A DNA stretch of 60,777 nucleotides, the filler included, from Piptocephalis cylindrospora (lineage: Eukaryota): assembly GCA_003614145.1 (NCBI GenBank). It is 4 parts of 4 records of this genome, joined end to end, with 100 filler letters (N's around TTAATTAATTAA, not from the genome) between each part and the next. Parts side by side here need not be neighbours in the genome. Positions count along the whole stretch, not along the records: positions 15,358 to 30,604 come from KZ987904.1; positions 30,705 to 45,744 come from KZ987906.1; 2 more parts are not named here. One strand, 5' to 3'. A program made the position numbers and the translations under genes. Under the pieces are notes generated by a model. The model saw only the letters and a program-made list of their open reading frames with translations. It did not search any database and was not told where the DNA came from. The stretch's first letter is position 1. Each line of letters opens with the position of its first letter. Below are positions 27,689 through 39,276 of this stretch, piece by piece.

Positions 27689-29668
27689 TTATACCTCCGA
27701 GTACACGGCGCCACCACCACCCTTGACCCGGTCCCCGAGTTGCCGTGGGTGGTCTGGGGGAGTGAGGGCAAAACCAAGACTATTGCCGTATGACTTGGCC
27801 CCAGCCTTGTCTGGTGCACCGCCGAGACCGACTTGCGGGCACCTCGGAGAATAGGGTGATTTCCAGAGCCCTCTGCCCCCCTCCCCGACTGTCCCTTCCT
27901 CCAGGGAGCCTCCCATGCGATCTGAAGATGGATCAGTCGAAGGGAATCCTGGGGTTTGAGGCGTGGGCGGGGCCTGGAGTGTCGAGTACGCCGATCGTGG
28001 GGAAGTCGATGGGGTGTACACGGTGGATTTGGGTTCATGCATTCCCGAATCCTCATCCATGGTGAGAGTACGACTGGTTCTGGCCGTCCGATCCTCCTCC
28101 TCATCCGCCTCTTCTCGATGATCATCGCCCTCTCCTTCCTCTACATGAGCATTCAGATCAAACGCTAGCTCAGGAAATTCAAGAACCTTGGCCGTGATGG
28201 AGGACGTAGTCGTGGTTACAGGGCATGCGATGGAATTTCCCTTGTCTTCCTCAGTCTTGTCCTCCAGGGTTGATGCACTGGATGAATCCGAGGGAAGGAT
28301 GGTGCGAAAGTCCCCAGAGTCCGTCCGGGCTGGGGAGTCGAACCGAGGAAGGAGATCTTCCAGCTTGGTCGTTAACCCCAACCGTTCCCCTGCCCTTGGC
28401 CCATTCATCAATGCTGGCCTGGGTGAGCTGGGAAAAGCCGTCGCTGTCGTCCTGGTAGCAGTAATCGTGGACGGAGCGGAGGGAGCCTCCTTTTTGGAGG
28501 AGGTTGTTGGCACTGTGGAAGGGACAGTAGGTACTGGGGATGGCGCGGCCCTCGTGGGGACCAGGTTTCCCTGAAGTTTTCCCTTCCTCTCCGTCGTCTT
28601 TCCCTTCTCCCCTCCTTCCCTTGTCACTCCTCCTACCGGTACTACCTCGGCCTCTTCCTCCTCAATCTCCAGATCCTCGGAGAAGCAAGAGACATTGAGG
28701 ACGAGATCCCGTAACTCAAGGATCGAGGGTCGTTTTCTTGGGTCCTCAGAGAAGACCCGGGCAAGGATGGAAGCCAATCCCTTGCTCACGTGCAATGAAC
28801 GGGCCAGGGCAGCTGATCGATGTCGGAGAAACCGGGCGTACATGGGGTCTGAGGCTACGGCCCTTTGCCATGGGTTTCTCCTGGAGGCCAGATTGGCCAA
28901 AAGAACCCCGAGACTCCAAACATCTGCTGCTGAGGAGATGTAAGGATATCTGGGGGGTAGGGTGGAGAGATTAGATTCCGGAGCCATATAGTAGGCCGAG
29001 CCACATCCCCGCTCCGCGGCCAAAGGGCACTCGGTGGCCAAGCCAAAATCCGATAGCCAGATCCTCGGATGCCTTCCAGGAATGGCGTCGTAGGAGCAGG
29101 AGGTCTTACTCTCCGACTTCTTCATGTCCATCTTCTCCTCCTCTTCTTCATCTGGAGGGGCCCAGGTTAAGAGAATATTTTCAGGTTTGAGATCCCGATG
29201 ATACACTCCGGAGGAGTGGCAATGAGCCACGGCCTCGCATACCTGGGCAAAGATGATCCGGCTCCGTGCCTCCATCTCCACCTGACTCCGACAATCCCGC
29301 CACAGGGATCCGCCAGTCACGGCATCAAATAAGTCTCCAGATTCGGCATGTCCCAGAACCAGACACCACCCATCCTCCACGTCCAGGGCCGAGTGCAGTG
29401 GGAGGACTCCTGTGTGGCCCAGGCATTTGGAGTGCAAGGTCGGTTCCTGTCGTTGCATCGTTGTCTGCTGTGGCGTCAATCGGGTGGTGTCCACATGCTT
29501 AACAGCGTACTGCTTCCCCGTGCGGAGATCCAGGGCGGAGTAGACGCCCCCATACGAACCTGCCCCCAGTGGCGCCACTAACAAGAGGGTGTGTGTCGGA
29601 GTTGTTAGGGTTCTCCCCAGAAGTGAGGGGGACGGCGAAGCTCTGGGTGGGGTCGTGTTGTTAGTCAT
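27689..29668 (-). CDS. Ser/Thr protein kinase, Ran1/Pat1-Sks1/Vhs1-like, with low-complexity C-terminus
   Basis: LGAGSYGGVY, YAVK, HRDLKPENILL, SDFGLAT, GCGSAYYMAPE, ADVWSLGVLLANL..RNPW. Single exon. Confidence 0.9.
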   Translation of the reverse strand: MTNNTTPPRASPSPSLLGRTLTTPTHTLLLVAPLGAGSYGGVYSALDLRTGKQYAVKHVDTTRLTPQQTTMQRQEPTLHSKCLGHTGVLPLHSALDVEDGWCLVLGHAESGDLFDAVTGGSLWRDCRSQVEMEARSRIIFAQVCEAVAHCHSSGVYHRDLKPENILLTWAPPDEEEEEKMDMKKSESKTSCSYDAIPGRHPRIWLSDFGLATECPLAAERGCGSAYYMAPESNLSTLPPRYPYISSAADVWSLGVLLANLASRRNPWQRAVASDPMYARFLRHRSAALARSLHVSKGLASILARVFSEDPRKRPSILELRDLVLNVSCFSEDLEIEEEEAEVVPVGGVTREGGEKGKTTERKGKLQGNLVPTRAAPSPVPTVPSTVPTTSSKKEAPSAPSTITATRTTATAFPSSPRPALMNGPRAGERLGLTTKLEDLLPRFDSPARTDSGDFRTILPSDSSSASTLEDKTEEDKGNSIACPVTTTTSSITAKVLEFPELAFDLNAHVEEGEGDDHREEADEEEDRTARTSRTLTMDEDSGMHEPKSTVYTPSTSPRSAYSTLQAPPTPQTPGFPSTDPSSDRMGGSLEEGTVGEGGRGLWKSPYSPRCPQVGLGGAPDKAGAKSYGNSLGFALTPPDHPRQLGDRVKGGGGAVYSEV

Positions 29669-29673
29669 TGTGT

Positions 29674-29716
29674 TACTACTGCTGCTACTACTGCTAATAC
29701 TGCTGCTACTACTACT
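29674..29716. repeat. Imperfect (CTA/CTG)n trinucleotide repeat just upstream of the kinase ATG
   Basis: tactactgctgctactactgctaatactgctgctactactact. Confidence 0.8.
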
Positions 29717-30604
29717 AAGGAAGAGTGTTGGGTGTGTAAGGGGTAGGGGATGGGGGAAGGATGCCCAGGTAAGGGAGAGGGAGGGGGGAGGAGGGGTGGA
29801 GCAAGTTTATAGTAGAGGACCGATAATAGTAGACACGGCTGGGAGTAGGGAGTGTGATCGGCAGGGTGGGTGGAGGAGCTGTCTGATCAGCGGAATGGGA
29901 ATGATAGGCGATGAGAGATATCAGTGTGGTCCGGGTTGATAGAGGTAGGTAGGGTAGGGGGAGGATCAGGGGGGGGGAGGGAATGTGAGAAATTTAAGGG
30001 TACGCTAGCGGGGCGGGTAGGAGGAGTAGTAGGAGAGAATAGGTTGGTCTGGAAGCACGGCTGGGGAGTAATGAAAAGAGGAAATGAGGTGGCCCGATGA
30101 TGGTGATGGGTGGGAGACGGAGTAAGAAGAGGCTTAATATACTCCAATAAAAGTTCTGGGGGATTACCTTCTGACCTTGAAAAGATACAGAGAAATCCTT
30201 TTGATCAGAGAGGGAAGAGGTAGGGGGAAGATGGATTGCCTAGTCAATGGCACACTGGAGGGGTATGGAGTTCAGGATGTCTCAGGAGCCACGCAGGAGA
30301 TGGTATTTCAGGGGAGGGGGGGAAAGGCTGGATGGAGAGATACGGAAAGCGAAAGATAATGGCTTTGACAAGATCAGAAGGGGGATGGAGAGGTGCACAG
30401 AGGCAGGAGGAATGGGGATGGAGAGGAGGGTGGATCAATCTACCAGTATAGGCTAAGCAAAGAAAGGGTACGGTAGAGATCAGGAATACTTCTAAGGCCG
30501 AGATGAGGATGGGGTCGTAGGGGATGAGTTGGATGAGGGACAAGGATGGATGGGGGTGGGGGGAGGGGGAGAAGGGAATGAGAATAAAGGGGGGGAATAT
30601 GATG

Positions 30605-30704
30605 NNNNNNNNNNNNNNNNNNNNNNNNNNNNNNNNNNNNNNNNNNNNTTAATTAATTAANNNNNNNNNNNNNNNNNNNNNNNNNNNNNNNNNNNNNNNN
30701 NNNN
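30605..30704. other. Artificial contig-joining linker
   Basis: N-run, TTAATTAATTAA, N-run; 100 nt. Confidence 0.97.
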
Positions 30705-30789
30705 CCTATGGTTTTCTGGGGAGGAACAAGATCATAACGTAACGTACCCATTTCCCACTTATTTTCATCTCCTTTCTTATCTTCTATAG

Positions 30790-30948
30790 GCGTTTACGGA
30801 CACGGGGGAATATGTTATGGACATGGAGAGCGCCCAAGAGTCCCAGGGGTTGGAGGTGAACTCAATGAGCATGGCTGAACGCGCCATCATGCTGGCAGCG
30901 GTCATTTGCATCGACTTTGATTATTTCTCATCTCTATCGGACTGTTAA
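30790..30948 (+). CDS. Last exon of a phospholipid scramblase-family (Aim25-like) gene; 5' part lies off-contig
   Basis: After a polypyrimidine-AG acceptor: AFTDTGEYVMDME...MSMAERAIMLAAVICIDFDYFS*, matching the scramblase C-terminal motif. Not present in the ORF track. Confidence 0.85.
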   Translation, partial: AFTDTGEYVMDMESAQESQGLEVNSMSMAERAIMLAAVICIDFDYFSSLSDC

Positions 30949-31206
30949 GCACTGCCTGGCACTGGAGGTGAATTGGAGTGCAATGCATCTTAATAAAAAT
31001 TAAGATAAGCTGCGTAACTAGGAGTATATATCAGCAAATACACTCTGTCTTATGCTCAATTTCTCCATCCAGGAGAGTCTATCAGCCTATCCTTATTGGA
31101 AATTTGCCCTTGATTACAAAGCCTCACTATATCGCAATACTATCAGCACTATCCACGTTCATTTCAATTCGAAGCACTCAGCCAATAGCCATATCTTTGG
31201 CTGTAA

Positions 31207-33693
31207 TCATCTCTCGGACGCCGAGTCCCTGAGATCAACACGCAAGCATCCCCCAGTCACTTCAGCAAAATTAGCGCGAAGAGATCCTCGAACAACACAG
31301 TCAACCTCCTGAAATCTAGCCCATAGTTCCTCTCGAAAGGCAGATGCTGAGCCTCTAGGTAAACGGGCCTGGCGCTGGAATAGCAAATCCTGGATCGTCA
31401 GGAAGGAATGCAGGTACTTGATGCTTGTCCAACGACTCGGAAACATATAGAGCTCTCTGGCGTCAGGATCCTGTAGTAGTTCTCGAGAAGGAAAAAGATA
31501 AAGAAACAATTCTTTCCAAGTCTTGGCAATCTTTCGACTCGAAATGTGCTTTTCGATCCTTCTTGGAATGGCTCCCCTAACCGCCTCCAGGTCCCATTCC
31601 AAAACGTTTCGTGTAGTTTGGAACGTTTCGGTAGAAGCAATCATATCCTGCTTAAAGAGCAGTATGATCCGCCGAGCTATGGATATGGGAGTGTGGATTC
31701 CCCACTCCGTCCCATCCCCCGCATCCCCTCCAAAGAGCATCTCCAGTTCGGCTGCTCCCAAAATACTTCCTATCGTCCCTTCCTCGCTCCTAGTACTCTC
31801 CGTTCCCTCCTCCACTCCTTCCTCTCTTCTGCCACCATCAACCTCATCAACTATCATCAAACCTTTTTCCAGGCGTACCTGCCGTTTGTCCAAGCAGGGC
31901 CGGTTATACCTATGGATGATATTTCTGAGGCAACCAATAGCACGATCTTCATCACCTTCTAGACCAAAAATACTGGTGCGACTGTAGCAAAAGTAGATGC
32001 CCCGGTAGAACCCCCGGTAGAGTCCTGCGAGGAAATTCATGAATAGCTCCCTCTCAGGACGACCAATGTAAGACTCCCCTTGGGCATCTACTGCCATGGC
32101 TCCTTCCCGGACTATCCAAAGACTGGCGGCCTTGTACCTGGCCACCAGAAGGGAGGGAAGTGAAAAGAAGTGATCAACTGCGTTCCTGCAGATGTCATCA
32201 GCAACGTCCATCAGACCCCCCAAATCATCTGTTCCGTAAAAGAGCCTTGATGACATCCGCACCTCTACCCTGGTGTGCCACGGGCGACGGACACCATCCT
32301 CAATTCCCGACATGAGCATCTCCCAGGAGTCGGCCATCCGTCTGTTTGACCATTGCATGTCGCCTCCGGTCAATCTCCCCATCCAATGATCCTTTGCCCC
32401 AGAAATCACTAGCTTGTCTCCATGGTAAGTCTGAACGTACAATACGTCGGGAAAGTCCTGGGAGAAGTCTATCACTTGATTTGGACCGCGATCCACTGTA
32501 GTCCCTGCCACCTCCGATGACAACCACCACTCTCTCACCTTAGGCTCCCGAGGTAGACCCATGGTGATCTGGGTTGCTGCTTCCTTTTTCCATAGCAGAT
32601 GGACTGGACCATGAGCTTCGAGCGCCTCACGGGTAGCAATAAAGTCAACTCCCACATCCAGCATCATGTGCCTTCTAAATTCCTCTTGAATGACTCCCGC
32701 ATACCTATGTACCGTTGTCCCTATCCAAAACCTCATTGCCACGGGATCGGCCAAGGTGGAAAGAGATATTTTGGATCTGCATTTCATTCCTTTGCAGGAC
32801 ACATGAAAAAAGTAGCCACCAAAGCGGGAACGAAGGAAGTCATCACGGTCAACCACCCGCCGAATTACGTGGGAGAGCCGCAGAGCCTCGTGGGGTTGCA
32901 TCGAATGGCCAATCATCCCTCGGGGATCAAAGTTGGCCGCATTGGACATGGTAGGTCGCATATAATTGACTAGATCAGGCTCTAGGCACTCCTCGCATGC
33001 TCGGTATACCACTTTTTCGTACCAGAGCCGAAGAAGTTCCCTAGGGATGTAGTTCTGGCCCCCTTCACTAAGGTAATGGCGGAGCTGAGGGAATATTAGG
33101 TGAATAGTAATGTCAGATTCGATTCTACCAAACAGATAACTTGGGGCCCTGCTCATGGCGACATTTTTAATGATCCCTGGGCATGACACGTGCTGATGAT
33201 TCCCAGTGATCTTGAAGGAGTAGATGGGGTCAGGGAATATCTTAATGGGAACGGTCACGGGTAGATCTTGCAAGTTCCAAATGATGGAATCCACATCCAC
33301 GCGGGCATGGATATCAGGGATTTGCGGCAAGGATGTTGAGGAAAATCGGAGCTTGGAAGGCTGGGGAGCATTACCGTCAGAATAGCCATATATTACTTTA
33401 TGAGGATCAAGGCAATTATCTGGCCGTACACGGTCTCCAGTGAAGGTAAACGAGGAGAGAAAGTCATCTATATCCTCTGATGGAACGCTGTTAGCCGTCT
33501 CATTTGTATCTACGCTTGGTGCAGGGCTATACGCAGATGCCGTTTCCTCAGGATTTGGAGATGTTCTAAAGGGTATGGAGAATGAGCGTTCGATTATACA
33601 TGGGCACCTTCTTCAGCGAGCCTTGATTGAAGCGGAATACCTTTGTGACGAGGATTCTGGGCCTCGGGTACGGAGATTCATAGGGGAAGGCAT
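31207..33693 (-). CDS. Uncharacterised ~803-aa protein, possibly mobile-element-encoded
   Basis: The 707-codon ORF extends in frame to an acceptor at 33565. A GT-AG intron at 33640-33566 joins it to an ATG at 33693. Motifs RVDVDS, LIFPQL, FFHVSCKGMK, LDVGVDF, YVQTYHGDK and WHTRVEVR. Confidence 0.8.
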
Positions 33694-34300
33694 GGTCCAA
33701 TGCAATGGGTGAGCTAGGATAATAAGTAACTGAAGCGACTGATATGGGACAGAGAGAACGATGGGAAACGAGCGAAGGGAGGGATGGGGATGGTGTGGAG
33801 GAGCTGTGGGCGATTTATAATTTCCACCATATTGCTAGCGGTTAGTGGCAGCGCGAGGTATACGCGGCCGGGATCATCCTGGTCGTCCGTGTTGGTCTTT
33901 GCACGAAGAAGAATCCCCCTGAGGGTGCGTGCGGTGTCGTCTGGGAATCACATGCGTATTTTGAGAGCTCTCTAACGCCATATGTCGGAGTTGATGAGCA
34001 AGAATGCCGAGAAACTGGTGATGTATTCACTGATAGCTGGTAGATGGGCTGAGCCCCGCCGATAAGAAAACTTGAGAAAAGACACCAAAAAAATGCACAT
34101 ACTAGAGGTCCGGCTAAATGTCTGCTTCTGTGTATATGTAGAGGTCGACGGAAAGGGTAGTTAGAAAATGGCTCTCGGTGGTGGAAGACATCACCCCACT
34201 CCGCCGCTTACTAGGATGGACAAGAGAGACACAGTCCTATGCTCACGCGACTAAAGACGGTGAGAGTAAGGTATGGTCCAACAGCCCCTGATAACCGAAA

Positions 34301-35367
34301 GGCATCTACATAGTACAAACCGATGGCTCCCTACAGCAGACAAAACGAGGAGGATGCCGACTGGGCTGGAATGCAGTAGTAATTCATCATGGCATAATCA
34401 TGAAGAAACCCATGGGACGGGGACAGATAGCGCCCATGTCCTTCATCCTAGCCAAAGACATAACCATCTGCCTGGAAATGACCATAGCCCAAGAGACACC
34501 TAACCATTTACTCTGGTTCCCGGTTTACCCTGACAATGCTGGAAACCCACTTACATAATCATTACTCTTCCCTGGAGAATTCACCTCTCGCCCCACTCTA
34601 ACCCAAATTACATGCATGCGTAGGCCACCGAACCACCTTGATCAATAGAGTGTAAGTAAAAGTCTATGATGAGCACCAATGGAGCGAATACGTTGATCTA
34701 TTGGCTGATCGGACGGTCGAGGAAGCTCAAAGATTACCGAAATGGGGGACGGATGAGAGACCCGCTCGAGGGACGACCCTGCTGACCCATTCGCTCCACG
34801 GGAAAAGCATTCTGCAAACTGAAATTTTCCATCAAGAGCCAGGGCGAAGAATGGACTATCTTCTCCATGGTACCACAAATCAACTTAGTACCATCAATCA
34901 CTTGGTTCCCTAAGGATGAGGTGAAGGATGCCGTTACCGCCCTTTTCTAGGCCACTAATAAGGGGTAAAAGACTGCCACGAAGACTGTAGACCAATTAAC
35001 AAGGCAGAGGGCTTGGAAACTTTCGTCTAGAGCTCCTCCTCGGATGCTTTCCAGTAATGCGGCACTAGAGGAAATGTGGCCTCACTATCTACATTATCCC
35101 ACATATATGGGGACGCTCATCGCGCCTGAAGGAAGAAATCGTAGCTCAGCTACCCGCATATCCCGAATAAGGCTCAGCTGGAGATATATAGGAAAAGAAC
35201 ATTTGCCAGTCCAGGGAGAGGGCCCAAATTCTCCCAGATGCAGCCAAGCCATTAAGAAAAGCCGAGAATGGGTGCGTAAAGCTGTCGAGGAGGCGACCAA
35301 ATCCGACATGGTGGACGCTGAAGAGAAAGATGAAGAGATAGAGGGTTTACCAATGCGAATGGTTTGA
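34301..35367 (+). mobile_element. Degenerate non-LTR retrotransposon remnant (RNase H and downstream region)
   Basis: IYIVQTDGS..GWNAV at 34304-34380, a decayed AE..AI helix (LAKDITI), then after a stop and frameshift VKVYDEHQWSEYVDLLA at ~34656-34706, resembling the RNase H C-terminal KVK.H.G..WNE.VD.LA motif. Confidence 0.6.
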
Positions 35368-36242
35368 AGATAATGGCCCAGAGCGCGCAGGCACATTCAG
35401 TTAGCCTACCATACTCAGCTCCATTCTCTCTACGCCAATGCCTGGCTGTCACGCTGTGATGATCAAATGGAAAGAGAAGGAAGGAGAGGGGTCCGTCGTT
35501 TATGAAGGAAGATTGAGCTAATTTCGAGACGGAACGATGTGAGGACGCTAGGACAAGGAAGGACAGCCTATATCTGTGGTAGTGGTAGTAACAGCGGAAT
35601 GTATTGATAGTAGCAATAAACAACGAAAGTAGCAGCAGTAGAGGTTGTAGTAGTAACAGCCCGAAAGTGGAAATGATCACGATTCTCCCCTTTTCCTTAA
35701 GTCTTTACAGGTTCATCTCAAAAAGATTCAGAAACTTTTCCCACCACAACATCGTCGCTTCTTCCACGGATCTTCCGATCTCTCTTAGCTTCTCCATCGT
35801 TCTCCTTTCAATGGCCATTATTCTTTTGGTCCTCATCAGCATCTAAAGTAACATTTATAATTCGTACTTTAAATCTAACCTGAGCGTTATCTTGGATGAA
35901 CTTGACACGATCCGTATCAACGACCAGGTGCAATATATGAGATATTGAATGTGGAGGAAGTATTTCCAGCTCTTCATCGTTAAATGTAGTACAGTATGTA
36001 AAAAGATCTACTACCTTTTTATCCATCCTTTCATAAATCGATGCATATCCTAATAATAATATCTGAAAAGTAGGACATGGTGATGCGGAAGCAACGTTCC
36101 TGTGTGAGTCAAGCCGTTGGTCTCAAGCATATGTCAATAAAGACTTTGCTACTGAGCTGAGCGTCATCATAATAGATACTGTTTTATTATATCCATTCTT
36201 CTTTCCTCCCACCCACCCCGTGATCTCCTTGCCCTCTCCAGG

Positions 36243-36943
36243 ATGACTAGTTCGGCCAGGAAACGCATCTCCCCCACATCGGCTCAAGTCAGTCCCAGGA
36301 CGAATGCTGACCCGGTAGATGATATGCCCGAGACGGAAAAGTGGCGTATCATCAACGAATCGGGCCTCTTAGGCAAGGAAATCCCGATCCCTGGGGCCAA
36401 GCCTAGAAAGACTCAGCCTCCCTCCCCGATGGACGGGGAGGACTTTATCTTTCGCGCTGTCCTTTACACCATTCCTTTCACCACTTTGTATGTCTTACTT
36501 CACTCACTCGTCTTTAAGCAGTATGGGGAAGTCTTAGGCCTAGTCGAACTAATCTCTCAGGCCTCGAAGGCTGCACCAAGTAAGTCGAATCGATGCTTCC
36601 GTCGATATATAGTGGCTCCCTAACCACCCATCATCCCTCCTCTCCCCAACGCTTCCATCCAGTCCTAGCCATTTTCATCTACTATACCAATGCTCGCCGA
36701 GACCGCAAGCTCATTCAGACCCTCTTTATCGCTCTGTGCATCTTCTGTGGCTCTTACATGCTGTACCTGGTGGAAAAATCTCCTGCTCTAGGGATCATGC
36801 GTCAGGCTCCGGGGCTGGCTACCTTGTGGATCTATGCCATCTTCATGCTGGATCTCACCAAGGCCATGATTTCCCTAGCTGTCGTGGGTGCGTATTACCT
36901 ATGGTTCTTGCCCCGATCTGTTGCTGGAAACTTGGCCGGGTAA
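36243..36943 (+). CDS. Conserved fungal small multi-pass membrane protein of unknown function, two exons
   Basis: EKWRIINESGLL, FRAVLYTIPFTTLYVLLHSLVFKQYG and MRQAPGLATLWIYAIFMLDL; GT-AG intron ~36580-36662; several hydrophobic helices. Confidence 0.75.
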
Positions 36944-37264
36944 GGGGAGGTGGTGAGGGAGGAATGGCGGAGGGGGCTCACTCAGAAAACATGGATTGTT
37001 GTCGATTAGGAATGAATAGAGTGAAACTAAGGCCTTGGAGGGAGCGAGTGGTCCCATAATGATTTGAATATGCGCATCCGTGCAGCCTTAGGGAATCTTG
37101 ATTGCTGAGGAGTACTTCGTGGGACTCCGATACGATAAGAGTCGCGAGGTGTTCAAACTCAACAAGAACGCATCATCTGTTCCTTCTCTTCCTTGCCTCT
37201 TTATTATCATCATGTTGAAAAGCTGGACCTCGTCATTTGCCCAGAAAAGCTGCGCCAAGGTAGA

Positions 37265-39106
37265 ATGAAGCATGTCCAAAGCCTACTTTTCCTCTTAATA
37301 TCGGTTTCTCCAGGGACTAACCATATCCTTTTTCCTAGACTGGTGCCCTGTTCTTGGGCAAGTCTTTATGTTCACGCAACTGCGTGTTGACCTCTGCGTA
37401 TTTAGGCCAAAAAACAGCTCTACTACGTCATCATAGCCCATGCCGTTTAATGTCGCCTACTCCCCTCAGAACCCTATTCACATCTGCGTCTTGCCGATCG
37501 GAGCAGTATACAGAGACCAAGTACCTTTTATTTACCCTTTCATGCCTTCTTCCGCCAGCACTCAAACCCATCCGTTTTAGGATCAGACCAGATGCAAATG
37601 ATCTTGTATGGAAGAATTCGCCGAAAAACTGCCTAATCCTCAAAAAGGCTGGTGACGCGAAAACGGATGCATCTCTTCTCGAGGTGGCCACGTAAGTTGC
37701 AAAATCGAGTCATTGGCAGTAAAAATAATGACCAAGTATCATCTTTTAATCTCCTTCGGGTTCGAGCAGATGGATGCACCAAGCCTACCCGGAAATCACT
37801 CTTTTCCTTCAGCCCAACACTCCTTCTCGCCTCTCCCACCTTCTCCCTCATGCGCGCATTCTTCATGGTATGCCCTTATCGATGGAAATCCTTCAGCCTA
37901 TACCATATCCTTAAGTCCCTTTACCTCAAACAATCAACAGACAGACAGCAGTTGCAAGAAGTCATTGACTTTGTCATTACCCTTGGGGGAGACGGGACAA
38001 TTCTGCATGCCTCATCCCTCTTCCCTGGCCCCAACTCTCCTCCTATCATCTCCTTTTCCCTGGGGACCCTAGGATTTCTTCTGCCGTTCCGTAAGGGTTG
38101 ATAGCTGGGGCAGCCCGTATTCTTATCATCGATCTTACGGCTACTGACCCCATACGATCATTCACATATATAGATATTCGGGATTATCAAAAGGCGCTTG
38201 CATCAGTCATTCAGGGAAAAGCTTCGCTCCTCCCGAGAATGAGGCTTTCATGTACCGCCCATCTTCCTGATGGCTCTCCACTCCCTGGAATACCAAGTAA
38301 GTAGGAATAGTGTTTAATTTTGACCCATTGTCTTTCTCATTTTGATTTCTCCCATGAAGAAAGGGACCATGGAATACAAGCAATGAACGAGATTAACCTT
38401 CACAGAGGAAGATATCCTCATTTGACCTCAGTGCTCACCTATCTCGATGACGTACTACTTACCGATGCGATTGTACGTGCTTCCATGAACCTTTCAGATC
38501 TTTCACTTACTGACACTCTCAATGATAGGCAGATGGTCTGATCATTGCTACTCCCACAGGATCCACGGCCTATTCCCTCTCAGCTGGTATGTGATAGGGT
38601 GGACTGTACCTCTCTTCTTCTCTCACCCTCATTTACCCTACAGGAGGTCCAATTGTTCATCCAAGTGTACAAACCATGCTACTCACGCCAGTCTGCCCAA
38701 GATCCCTATCATTCCGTCCTCTGCTCCTCCCCGTCACTTCACATCTTCGTCTTCTCGTATCCGAATCCTCTCGGGGAGATGAAGTGGAGGTGAGCTTTGA
38801 TGGAAGGGAAATTTGCCTATTACCACGAGGGGCCTATCTTCAGGTCAGTTGAATAAGCTGTAGAAGGAGAGGAAGCATATCATTCTTATTGTTCACCAAC
38901 CATCACCTAACTCGTACCACCCTTCCTCCCGACAGATAAGCATGTCCCCTTGGCCTCTCTTGTGTGTCAACCGTATCCACGGTGGAGTGGATTGGGCAAG
39001 GGACATCAACGGTCTGCTCAAGTGGAATCAAAATTTCGGGAACAAATCCACTTGGCTCGAGGAACAATCAGAGTCTCCCTTGAGTTGGCCAGGGGGTTCA
39101 TCCTGA
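37265..39106 (+). CDS. POS5: NAD(H) kinase, mitochondrial POS5-like, multi-exon
   Basis: [99 protein letters not shown]. Start is approximate. Confidence 0.9.
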
Positions 39107-39276
39107 ACCTCATGGAGAACATAGTAGCCCTGAAATTCATAGATACAGCGAGAAATATGAAAAGTAAAGGTATGCGTGTTTGCGCAGCTCATCTTATTTC
39201 ACTCAAAGGTCATGCTTTACACATCGCGTCCTCTCCACCTTCATAAGAATCACCATCGCTCAGGGACTCAATCATA

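Noticed and set aside
29700..30604. Strong purine/G-rich strand asymmetry, also at 46070-46700 and the poly-C at 15412-15433
   Set aside because: Matches the pyrimidine-rich 5' leaders seen before many genes here and homopolymers at contig breaks; a general genome trait rather than a discrete element.
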